DNA from: Phoronis australis
Lineage: Eukaryota; Animalia; Phoronida
DNA: 48,940 nucleotides
Reading direction: 5' to 3'
Assembly: GCA_002633005.1 (NCBI GenBank)
Contig: NMRA01000114.1
Coordinates: forward strand, 2,343-51,282
This document shows, in pieces, positions 12,731 to 24,600 of the stretch (positions are counted from its first letter, which is position 1; each line of letters opens with the position of its first letter). Below the pieces are notes generated by a model. It saw nothing but the letters and a program-made list of their open reading frames with translations, made no database searches and was not told the origin of the DNA. The translations under genes were made by a program, and so were the position numbers.

Positions 12731-14949
12731 AAATGTGTGTGTTATCTTATGTAATTAAGGAACCCATCTGGTTCCTTCTGTGAAATATTTATTTGTAGAG
12801 CTGTGACCCTGAAATTCCCAATACAACTTAAAATATTTATTTTTCTTGTTATTTTATTTGTCTCCAATAATGAAGTGAAAGCATGACATCGAATTTCTTT
12901 CTCAAGTATTAAGCCACTTTCCTGAAACAGACCCAAGGAGATGGTGGCCACTGGTGCATAAGTTGCATGTGTATAACAGGCTGAATGTTTGAATTACCAC
13001 CTTGGTTCCGAGGCTTCCGTCGCGTTGTTGATTTATCTCGCAGAAACCACAGTAATTAGTCGGAAATGGGCGACACAGAAAACTAAACGAATGTTTCGTA
13101 CATAAACAACCCATGTTTTCATCAAAGTAAAAGAGACGAATGCTTTGATTAGAAATACATGTACTCAAAGCAAACAGAAATAGCTGACACATATCTTTTT
13201 CTGGTTTTTAAATCATATAAAACGACATCTTAGAATGTTTATACCTGGGATATTGATTGCTTTCACCGAGTGCAAATATACAATGTCGTAGCGTTGACAC
13301 CCTCCCTCCTGTCGCCACTTATTTGCCGCCTCCCGGCCGCCAAGTCACCATCTACATGTATTCCTCGCACCCGCAGCCTACGTCTGGCGCCCGGGAGCAG
13401 CTGCCCTACTCCCCTGCCCCGACACTCGCTACTTCGAGACACGGAATTTTCATCCAAACAACACAATTTGTAGAGGAACTCAAGTCGCAGACACTGCGTA
13501 CATGCATCAATTACGAATTGGAAAATTTGAGGTTGTCTAACTTCAGTGAACTCTGAGGCGCTGATGGTTTCCATGGTATGTTTGATAACGGAAATAGAAT
13601 CTTGTCGTGGTGAAAGTAATGTGAGACCGATTTCGGCCACCTCAATAGACTTCAATGCGCAAATTCACCAAAAACTAGTGGAAACAAAAAGACCGACTAT
13701 ACATTAGAATTTAATAGTTATTATTGCGGGTGTCAATGGAAGTCAATTGTATTCACGCAAGGAAATACGCGCGCCCTTGCATATGAACGAGCAACGAAAG
13801 AACGCTGAGATGTATAACACGTTTCTATGAGATTATTCGTATTTGTAAATACGTCAGTGATTGTTTATGACTGTTATGTGTCCAGCTTTCAATAATTATG
13901 TCCCTTGATGCAAAATCATTTCTAAGAAAAAGCCAGTACTGAGTTTTTGTATCGGAAATTACATGGACATATCTGTGTAATTAGCCACAACAATAGTTTT
14001 TCTGTTGTCGTTTTTTTCTTTCTTCCAAATCACCGTCTGAGTTTTACACATTTACAATACAGAAGTTATGGAAATGGTTTAACATCGATCCTATCTCAGA
14101 TTGGTTGTGCTCTTTCTGCCTGGGAAAACTGAAAAGTCGTTGGTATTATCCCAGGGGCCATTGTGTACCGGTACACCGCGAGTTCCTTGCAAGTCCAGCA
14201 GGCGTACATGTAGATGTACATCAAATCCAACCTGACACGACTGTACAACGACAATTCATCGCTAAATACGAAGCTTTTATTGGCAGGAGACAGATTCATA
14301 GTACATTTAACGGTTGCTGAATGTAACAAAATCTACCTCCCGGGTTGCAAGAGTAAATCTTGTTAAGGTACATCTGTACGAGAAGTGCAGGTAAAAAGTA
14401 TAAATGATGAGCACATTCGGTTCCGATATGATCACTTGCATGTTTCTCGTTTGGTGGCGCATTTTCTTGAATTTCCTCCCAAAAGAACGAGCAATCAAAA
14501 TCAAACCTAGCCTTTTGCAAGCTAAATTGTCAACGCCTGAGAACCCATTGACAATAATACAGCACGCGTCCTACGTGACATGCACAAGACATGTCAAAAG
14601 GATTTTTTTACTTCGCTGAATGAACATTGTTTATGCAAAATAAGTCAAAGCAGGTGTGTTGTTTTCGGAATACCCTGGTCTCCATTTGAAGTTTTGAGTT
14701 AATATCACTGTGGAAATACTGTTTGTTTGTTTTCGAACGTACTTGGTCTCCACTTGAAGTTCCGACTTTTCTATCTTGTAGAAATTCCGTTTTTAAAGTA
14801 AACATGCTTTGGATTTGTACTCATTCTGGTTCTTATTGCCTATAATAAGCACTGGAACGACGTTGGGAAGAATAGGATGCAATTACATAAATTTTATCAA
14901 CACAAGAAACAACAAAGACCTTATATTTTTATACTGTGTGCTGACATTT

Positions 14950-16820
14950 TGTCCATATGACGTGAAAAGTATAAAAATCGGCGACGTTATAATGACTTCG
15001 TTATAACACAATACGCAGATGACACAACTTTCACATTGGACAGAACTCCAAGATCCCTGGCAGCACTTATGAATAACCTAGAGTTATATGCAGGGATGTC
15101 GGGGCTGAAGATAAACTATTCTAAGACAAAAGTAGTGTGGATTGGAAGTAGAAATTCTCTCAAGAAGTGTTTCACCGCACGCGTTGGAAATTAAAATGGG
15201 GTGACGTTGATTTCATGCTTCTGGGTATTAATTTCAGAGTGAACTTGGATACCATGTCCAAAGATAACTTTGATGCAAAAATAATGGAAATATATGATCT
15301 CGTAGAAAGCTGACTATCTTTGGAAAGGTCAAAGTATTAAAAACAGTTGTGCTTCCAAAAATTATACATCTGCTAATGCTGCTCCCAAGTACCAATGATA
15401 CTACTTTTAGGGATATTGAATCTTTGTTTTTCAAATTCATTTGGGACGGAAAACCTGATAAAACAAAAAGAGGAGTACTCATTAAATCCATAGAAGAGGG
15501 TGAATTGATGATGGTTGGTGTCAACAAATTTAATATGTCTTTAAAAATTCCATGAATTAGAAGATTCTTTGTAACAACATTCCCATGGACTTATTTGTTA
15601 CAAAAAGATATCGGGCTTACTAGAGATGGAATGTTGAACTATGGAGACTATAGATTAACTAGATTGGATAATTGTAACTCTTTTGGGGCAGAATGCTTCT
15701 AGTATTGGAGCCTTTTAATTCACAAACAAACTATTTCAGGTCACGAAGATGCGGTGTCAATTAATGTGTGGGCCAAGAGTAGCATAACGGTGGAATACAG
15801 CCCTTGTATTTATGAGTCATTCGTTGAAAAAGGTAGAATATTTGTGAACGATTTTTTAGACTGGAATGGTAACTTCTACACCTTTGAAAGTTTCTAGACG
15901 ATTCATCAGATTAATGTCAGCTTTCTCAAATATTATTCAATTGTCAGTGCAATAAAAAATACCTGAAAACGTTTTCCAAAAACATAATACTAAAATAGAT
16001 ATATGGACCACTTGTACCTTTTCCCTAAAAAATATGATCTTGACGAAAAAGCGGTGTCGGGACTCTTACCATATTCTGTGCAAAAATGGTATAATACCAT
16101 CGGCTCCAAAGAAATTTGAAGTATTGTGATTTTCACTATCAGAGAAGATGTGGAACTTCTATTACAAACTTCCACATGTGAATGTACGAATGACACAAGC
16201 TTACTTTTCTTTCAGTTTCGCTTACTGCATAGAATTCTACCTACTAACTACTTTTTTAAATAAGATTAGATACGTGGACTCAAATTCTTGTACTTTTTGC
16301 AAAAGCCAAATGCTTTCCCGAAACTCTAGAACATTTATTCTTTGAATGTGAATATGTTAATTCTTTCTGGTTAACAACTACAATGCAAATAAATTTTGAA
16401 ATAGACAAAACCACCATAATATTTGGTCTTTGAAATGAAAAGACTAGAATTCTCAATTGTTTTTTTACAAAATAAAATTTCATTTTTAAAATGAAATTTG
16501 TTAACGTCAAACCTAATTTAGGATGTCTTAAAAAAATTTTGAACGAGTGTTTCAATGTAGAAGTTAGTGCTTCGTTAAACACACGTAAATTTAATGATAC
16601 AAAAAATGGGGAGATTGGAAATGTGTTTTTGAAACATGAGGGGACCCAGAGAGTTTACCAGATGCCAGAACAGAAATTTAAGTAGTACATTTTAACTTCA
16701 AAGTAACAATGAAATGCTTTCTCGTTATTTTTTGCACAGTTCTGTACGTTGTTGTGTTGTGTTGTGTATATTTGTATATGTATCTGTCTTTTGTAATAAA
16801 TGTATTAATTGCGAAAAAAG
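14950..16820 (+). mobile_element. 5'-truncated, disrupted non-LTR retrotransposon (L1/Tx1-like RT C-terminal half and zinc finger)
   Basis: QYADDTT at 15009-15029; GLKINYSKTKVVWIGS; RKLTIFGKVKVLKTVVLPKIIHL..FKFIWDGKPDK; FQFRLLHRILPTN..CTFCK..HLFFEC..FW (16210-16370). Many stops and frameshifts. AATAAA and a short A tail at ~16795-16819. Confidence 0.9.
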
Positions 16821-18652
16821 CTGTGTGCAGGTAATGTCCTGAAACAATTATTGTATTAAGATCTTGTTAGACAAATGAGTTCATGGCTCGGTCAAATAAA
16901 AAATTAGTGCTAGACTGGTGTGAGTATACGCTAAAAGATAAACATGCCATGTAACCAATCACCATGGTTTTATTTCCGAATAATTACATGTATGTCTACA
17001 AATGTGTCTTTTACACCATGTGATTAAACTTACAATTTCCATTAGATACCTAATTCTCCATTTTGAACGCCACAAATCGCCTAATTCCACTGGAATTCAA
17101 AGATAACAGCGAATGAGAATATGACGGCTCTAACAATCACTGCTCTTTACTAATAAGGTTTTTGAATCAAGATAGAAATTTATCAGCCAGTGCAGAAAGC
17201 AATTTGCTGAGAAGACTTTCCAAAATAAAGATGAACTGGAATGGTTAATTTCAGAATTGCGTCTGATGACCAGTTTTTGGAAGATGAACATGCAAAATGT
17301 TTTTTCCGACGGTGACAGTAATATCAAACCGTTCTTTGACACTTATAGGGGCATTAGGTTTATGGTCGAGGCGCCCATTCCAGGATTATTGCTGAATGGG
17401 GTTGACGTTTTCAAATTATTAATGTTGACCAGAGCTTTAGTTCAATAAAATAATTTGTTGATGCAGTTTTATTTAAAATTGTAGATTCTGGTCATCTTAT
17501 TCCAGACATGCGCTGAAATTATAGTCGCTGACTTCACAATTTTGAAATACTGCTTTTAAAAATACTTTGACACAAGGTGAGGTGGATTTAGGTCAGCAAA
17601 TAAAGCGGTTTCCTACAACAGGGAATTTCTGTTCGATTCCACCCCAGGTTCAGATCTCAAAAAGTACTTTTTCCTGTCTATAGTGTCACCTTAGAGCCAT
17701 TCTCAATGAATCGCGACAATTCGACTCCTGAGACACTCGATTTTCAAGTATCTTCATCTGGAGCTAACGTATTATTTTTTCTTAGTTTAACGTATGAATG
17801 ATAAGTTTTGAACAATTTCCTCAGCTCAGCAAGTGCAGTTATAGAGTTATTTTGTTGTTTTATTAGAGCAACTGGATAATTTATTTGAAAACATAAAAAC
17901 GCGTTCGTTGGGTTAATTTTCGGTCTAGTTTGTTATCATTGAAAACGAACAATCTCATTGTGCAATTTTATTAACCAGCATGCTTGGTAAAATCGAGAAA
18001 AACATCTCTTAGTATTTTCTACTTTCTTGTGTATTTTTCGTGGACTTTTAAAATTTAACTTTTGAACTAAATTTTTACTTTTTTAAAACACGTCGTTTGT
18101 TTTTAACTGTGCTTTATAAAAACAGGTGCTGTGGTGTTTGCACTTGTCTTAATTTTCATTTGCGACTATCGATCATTCAAAAACTGGTATCCAATATCCG
18201 GTAATGTGATGACTAAAAAATCATTAAGTGAATTTAAAGACGTCTCGTAAATGACACAACATGTCCCGTAAGTGAGGGGCAAGTGATACTGTGTCGGTGG
18301 GAATAATTTCTGACCACCTACACTTCAGGAAAAACTGGTATGAAGTAATGACGGATAGTATACGAATTGAAGGCTATTTGTTGTCACTTGTATGAGTTGA
18401 TGTAACTAATTACGTAATAAAAATGACAACAGATTACAATTCAACCGTCTGTGATGCAAGAAGGCACGTGGAGACATTTGTAACACAACTCACATGTACA
18501 TGTACAGGTAAATCCAAAAGTTTGTATTCAACATTTTTACAACATTTGCTATACAATTGTGCCTGACATTTAACACATGTCACGTCCCGTAAATGACAAC
18601 TTAAGCGTTGAAAATTGGGCTAAAGACTTTAAACGTTGAAATTGCAATATTC

Positions 18653-18787
18653 CTGGGGTGGATCCAGGGTTTTTGAAATGGGGTTAGATCAACGATTTTT
18701 AAAAAGGGGGACTCAGACAACAATGTGAAAATTCCAAGCTTTACATCACTAAAATCAAAGAAAAAAGCGGTACCGGATCCGCCTATG
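18653..18787. mobile_element. Non-autonomous TIR element (GGCGGATCC-end family)
   Basis: GGGGTGGATCCAGGG...GGATCCGCCTATG inverted ends, similar to 43850-44010. Confidence 0.55.
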
Positions 18788-21224
18788 GTGCCCGGCAAAA
18801 ACTTAATTGTCAAAGCACAATTGTTCCAAATAACAGAGTACAAGAATAACAGTGTGTCTCCGAGTAATTAGAACTAAATAATTTTGATATATTCAAGCCA
18901 TCTTTTAACAAGCTCCAGCGGATATGCGTCTTTACCTAGACGGGCTTATAAAACAATGACAGCTTCACCCATTTGCTAAAGAACTAGAAATGATAATTTC
19001 CTTACACAAAATATGTTGCAATATGTCAGACAAAGGAGTCATCGTCGCGCCTATATAACTACATGTTTTTACTGTGATATCGTGAAAATAAAGCATGCGT
19101 AATCAATAAGCATTTTTGTAAAACAGTCCTAAGCTCGACTCAATTATAGGTCAACATTACAGAATGCTCGCGCATGTATGACTTGTCGCAAATCAGCAGT
19201 AAGTAACTCCCGCAACTGTTTAACAACAAATGGTAAACGATATGTCCGTTAAGAGTAAAAGACAAAAGATAAAGTAACTGCCGCATCTTTCGAGTTGTTA
19301 CTAATGTCAGTAACGTCCTGCCACCGTCTCATATTCAAACCTTTTCATGTTGGACAATTAAAACGGTAGAGATACCTACAGTGATTGATATTGTATTTAC
19401 AGTGTAGTGATCATGTCTTAAACTGAACTCATCAGCACGGTACTAATAAACTAGACATAGTTCGCCAGAATTCTGCCAGCCTCTGTCGTACTTTGCCAGA
19501 ATTATTGGGAAGTTTACTCCAGTAAAACACTGTATACATAAAACTTTTGTCAGAGTTTACATTTTGTACGACGATATTTCCCCTAAGGCTAGTTGTTTAT
19601 TTATGAAGGGACTTGCGATTTCGACAACACGTGCTGAGACTTTGTCGAGAATCAGCCAGAATTGACACGGATTTTAGTCGAAAAGGAAATGATGCTTACT
19701 TGTGTGCTCTCAATTTATCGAAATTTCCCAGTTTATTTTGAAAACTTTTGTATGTGATGTCGTATGATAACTTTTTTCAAGCTTCATGTGTACAAATTTT
19801 TATAAGATAATTCGACTCGGTTCGCAGGCGTACAACAATCAACAATTGTTTTGCATGAAATTCTATGGTATAAGTTGTTGGAATTACCCACAGCATCACT
19901 GATTAAAACAAGGGCTGAAATCATATATTTACCACCAACTATATTGCATTAAGATTGTATAAAGTACTCAAGATGCCAGAGACAAAGTTTGAAAATATTT
20001 TTAATGTTTGCATGGGACAGTTCAACACTTTATTTTCTTGTGTTTTTATTTCCATACAAGGTCATCAGGATAGGGTTTGAATGTTTGACTATAAAGAGAC
20101 GGGTGCAAATTTTATTTAAGCAATGTTGCCGCTCAATGCACGTCTTAAATCTTTTCATAGCATATCGGAAAATAATTTTCTTTCCCAAACACCACATCCA
20201 AGACATCTATGAGTAAAACAGAGACAACAAGTCAACAATTTCTACAATATTGACCTACAAACATTTGGCTGATTCATTTCAAAGTATGGCGAAAATTCAG
20301 TTCGATTTGATGGCCAAAAGCAAGGTGTTCCTTAGTCAAGTAGAGTTTCGAGACCAATTTGCCAGTGGCAATAAGCCCGTTTCGTGTTATTCATATTTAG
20401 GCCGTACGTAGGGAGGAAATGTCCTCTTGTAGAGCAACTGAAACGCACTTTCGAGACGTTATACCACGGTGATTATGCGCATGATATGAAATGTCATTTC
20501 ACCTCCTATAAATGCTAGAGTAAGAACTCGTGAGCTTGAGCTGCGTTACACGTGCATCGTGAGATAGTCTGGGCTTAGAAGATCTAAAGCTCATACACGT
20601 TGTCTTGTAAGTTGTTTTGTGCCGTTTAATCAAAGCCAAAGGTCACAAGTCCGGTCGTTGCACGTTGGTGCAAACCCGACCCTACGATTGTACAAGAGTG
20701 AGACGTTGGAGCTGATGTTAAGTTACTTCGCCACCGTCTTCACATGCCAACTTATTGAAGTGCGAGCGCAGTAAAACAGAAGTTACGACTATTGATGAAT
20801 GCGACCCCTGATTTAACAGATGAGCGTCGCATCCCAGATACATTATCCCTTCATAAAAATGCCGATGTCATAAATAATATTCATTCAGTAGTTTTCAAAA
20901 TTAAGAAGACAACGTCGATTTTGACCCTCGGCCCATAATTCTGCATCATAATTATCATTTTTTCGACAAGAATCCGTCTAATTTTATCTAAATCGTCACA
21001 AAATTTTGACAGGTGGTGCTCCATCCACCTTGTGGAGTCGAAATAGGACAAATTACTGAGCAAGGCCATTGCATAAATAAAAAATGGCTAGGCGCAAACC
21101 GTCACATTAAACTCCGAGAAAAAAATTAACACAAAGCTTTTTGTTGGCACAAAATTCAGCCTAAATTGGCAAATGATTCCGGAACGAAGTGTATCCGCGT
21201 TTGGCAGAGTTGAAGTCTGATGAG

Positions 21225-21230
21225 TTTATT
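21225..21230 (-). promoter_or_regulatory. Candidate polyadenylation signal AATAAA of the TLDc-ZP gene
   Basis: TTTATT on the + strand, ~260 nt downstream of the TGA at 21490. Confidence 0.4.
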
Positions 21231-21489
21231 TTGAAAACTCGTGAAATTGATAGTGAACTCTATGCATTTCTTATTAGCTTCACATCAATGACAAGCTGAG
21301 ACGGAATTGATATTGTGAGTTGAACATTTCAAAGTAAACATAGTTCCGCCACGATGCACGTGACAACTAGCGCATGCTGGTTGACTTATTTTTAAAAATA
21401 TTAACTTAGCGAGAGCTTGTGATATTTGACTTGGCTTAGAAAATGCCTGCGGTAGCTAAATTAGTAGCAGCACTTCATTGCATCGATCT

Positions 21490-21674
21490 TCAGTCTTTGT
21501 ATTCTCGGTAAGTGACATTACGTTTGGCAAAAAAGCCCGCCAAGCAAATGACCAGCAACAAAAGGAAAGCAAGAACTGACACCACAGCATAGAACACAGT
21601 GATGTTAACATATCCTCTACAGACGTCGGTTTTGAAGTCCTCCTTGTATTGGTCTTTGTTTTCGGGCAATCCGT
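21490..21674 (-). CDS. Last exon: stalk, transmembrane helix, short cytoplasmic tail, stop
   Basis: ttcttgcag|AC GGA..: (D)GLPENKDQYKEDFKTDVCRGYVNITVFYAVVSVLAFLLLLVICLAGFFAKRNVTYREYKD*. A ~25-aa hydrophobic run is followed by KR. Confidence 0.88.
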
Positions 21675-24600
21675 CTGCAAGAAAAGAACTTACAGTGACA
21701 TTAGGCCCAAACCATGCGTTTACACAGCTTGGTGTAAGTAAAGCGGCTTTAAATTGAACTTTTGACTTTGATAATTTATCACTATAAAATGGGTTTTAGT
21801 TTGCTCCTTATACTGATTAGAAAATATTCGCCGAAGGGATGAAAGCTCGTTGCTTTTTGAGACTGCGCTCGGGGTGTCAGAAATAACGAAACGTCTATTC
21901 TGTGTAAACCCTAAATCACGTCGAATCCGAATACGGAACAAATGGAGACTAACGCAAAGTGATTTAATGTCATGCAGGACTAATTCGACAAGTATGCACA
22001 TTTAACCAAATACGTGTATCTACTTAACTGTAGCTACATACAACGTATCCGATCAAACTTTACGTGCAACGTCGAAACTTTTCCAAGGAAAGTATTTTAG
22101 GTCCCTTTTTAATAGCCTTTCATGCAAAGGGGAACATTTTAAAAATATTTTCGATCACCGGCTTAGAGAACCAAAGACAAAGAATAGCATTTTAATTCTC
22201 GTATGATAAACCAAATGTGGACATTTTTCTTTGGTCTTACATAATCTTAATGAGGACACGTTATAAAATTTCATTTTACTATATGAATGTCCAAGACTGA
22301 ATCCCAAGAACATGGTTAGAGTTTCGAAGTTATCACTTCGTTTTCGTCGTTTACAATATTGAACTTTTCATTAAAATCCTAAACGCCTTTTTGGTAACCT
22401 CATATGCAAAACTGGAACATTTGGAAAACAATTCCTGATTTTGTTTTGAGAACATGAAAGCAAGTTCATTTTATGAAAGTTTCATATGAGTCTGATCAGC
22501 TATTCTGAAATACGGTGTTATGTAACATTTGGAAAAATACTACAGAACTAAAAGTACATGTATGTCTAAATTAATTTACCTTCGTTGGAGACTTGTAACT
22601 CCATCTCTAATACCTCTCTGACATATTCACCGTCTGCAGACCTTCGTTTACGTCTAACTGTGCTACACGTGTTTCCGTTCGTCTGAAACAGCGGCGCTTA
22701 AAATTTACCAAATGCTTAATCACATAAATTACAAGTAAGCTCTAGTGAGTCATCTAGATTTCTCCATGTTTAAGTTCGGTAATATGGTTTTAGGAATAAA
22801 TATTACCTGATTTTTGGTTTCTCGCGAAAACTCTACAGTGACTTCATAAATGGCGGAGGTTTGGCCATAAAACCTGAACGTTGTCATGTCAACGCACATG
22901 GCTTTGCTCGAGGGATCGGTTGTGGGGAAACTGGGACCCACTTGAGTAATGGTGTTGGATTTGCATCTGAAAAGTTAGAACAATGAATAGTGACTGGTGC
23001 ATCGACCAAATACCCGAAATCTATAAACCAAAGGCATGGCAAAACTAAAGTGCTCTGCTTATATACTGGATCAATTAAAGGTTTATTAAAAATTTCAGTG
23101 GTTAAGTTAAGTCTTCCAAACTGGGTAAATCAAAAATATCTTCAAACTACAAGTGTTTTACAAAATTATCAACACGATTTGTTTTCTTGTGATAGTTCTG
23201 CAGTTATTACTTTGGTTAAACTTACCCTTCTTTAATGATGTAAAACTTCTTACCAGAAGCATCTATGGTTACAACGTCTACTACTATAGCGCCCTTGTAT
23301 GCTGAAATAAAATGGTTTGCAGGCCAGTGAATTGTGGTCTTGTGGCTATATGGCTTGCCATGCAAATAAACAAGTTGCTCGCAGGACATAAGGTAGAAAC
23401 GCAACAGTGACGAAGAGAACCAAATTAGGGTGTGATGTGAAGGTCAAATTGTTAGTTGCAAGGGAACGAAACGGCTCAAAAATATTTAACCTATCAAAAC
23501 AATGTTGTTGTGATGTCAGTCTTCGGTATTACTCGATTGTGATGACTAATAAAGAGACAACAATAATGACAAATTAAGAATACATTATGGGTGTTATAAA
23601 AATGTCATTGGGGCACATTAATAAGTGTTTTCGTGATTACACAACACCGTGTACTCGTTTTTCACAGCGCAGATACATACGATTATCGTCACTAAATTTG
23701 GGCTCCGCACACAATTGGAATCGTACTCCCAGTGTCGCTAGTGAGATCGGTTGTCCACCGATGTAGGCATGCAGAGAAGATGACGGCGGCGCAGCTCTTT
23801 CAGCGTTGAGATCTCTCCATTTGCTGTAACCAACAACTACGTAAATCAGAGCAATTACTTGGTACAATTTTCAGGTAACATGTTGTGTGATTGCGCCCTG
23901 ATTCTGGAATACCTTGTCTCCAGGTATCAGAAATAGCTAACAAAGTTTGCAAAATGGCGGCTACTAAAGTCATGGATCTGATACCTAGCAGCAGACAGTT
24001 TCTACGTGTACTTTCAATTGATTCAAAATGCATGCTATTTCCCATGCCAAATAACAAAATATAGAGGTAGCAAGCTATTGTTCACAATCGGAGAACCATA
24101 GAACGCGCGTGAGCGCGTCGTATAGATATTTCCTATGGGACACTACCATTGTTTTCCTTTGTTGGGTCGTTCTTGGATATCCCAATACATGTAGCACGGC
24201 TATCGTACCTTTGGCACCCAAATGCAGGTTTCCGATGAATGCTTACAACTATTTTTACGATAAGAAAGAAAAACAAAAAACACCGTGGATACGCCTATCT
24301 ACCGATATTTATTAAACGAGCTTGCAACCTAGTTTCCCGTGGGCTACGTTTCCAGTCCTCCTGAACGGGTATGGTTAAATTGTACCGGTACATTCATTAA
24401 ACAAGAACACGGGAACTTTCGACAGAATATTCAATTGCGTAAACTGCACCTAGGGGGCGCAGTCGTAGCGGCTAATACCCGGTTATGTACACATAGTAAT
24501 TCTATGACATAGTCTCTTTTGGTACTGAGAGGGGGCATGGTGCCAGATGAAGACAGCTTTCCTGATCTTTGTAGGAATGTACCTCGTCTAACTGTTCAAA

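Noticed and set aside
12902-13192. YCGFC..YTCNLC as a Nanos-like zinc finger
   Set aside because: Spacing and His/Cys ligands do not fit CCHC-CCHC, and there is no supporting exon structure.
21456-21680. ORF-track 74-aa Cys/Trp-rich peptide
   Set aside because: Wrong frame of the last exon. The phase-1 frame gives a clean TM helix and stop and joins the preceding exon.
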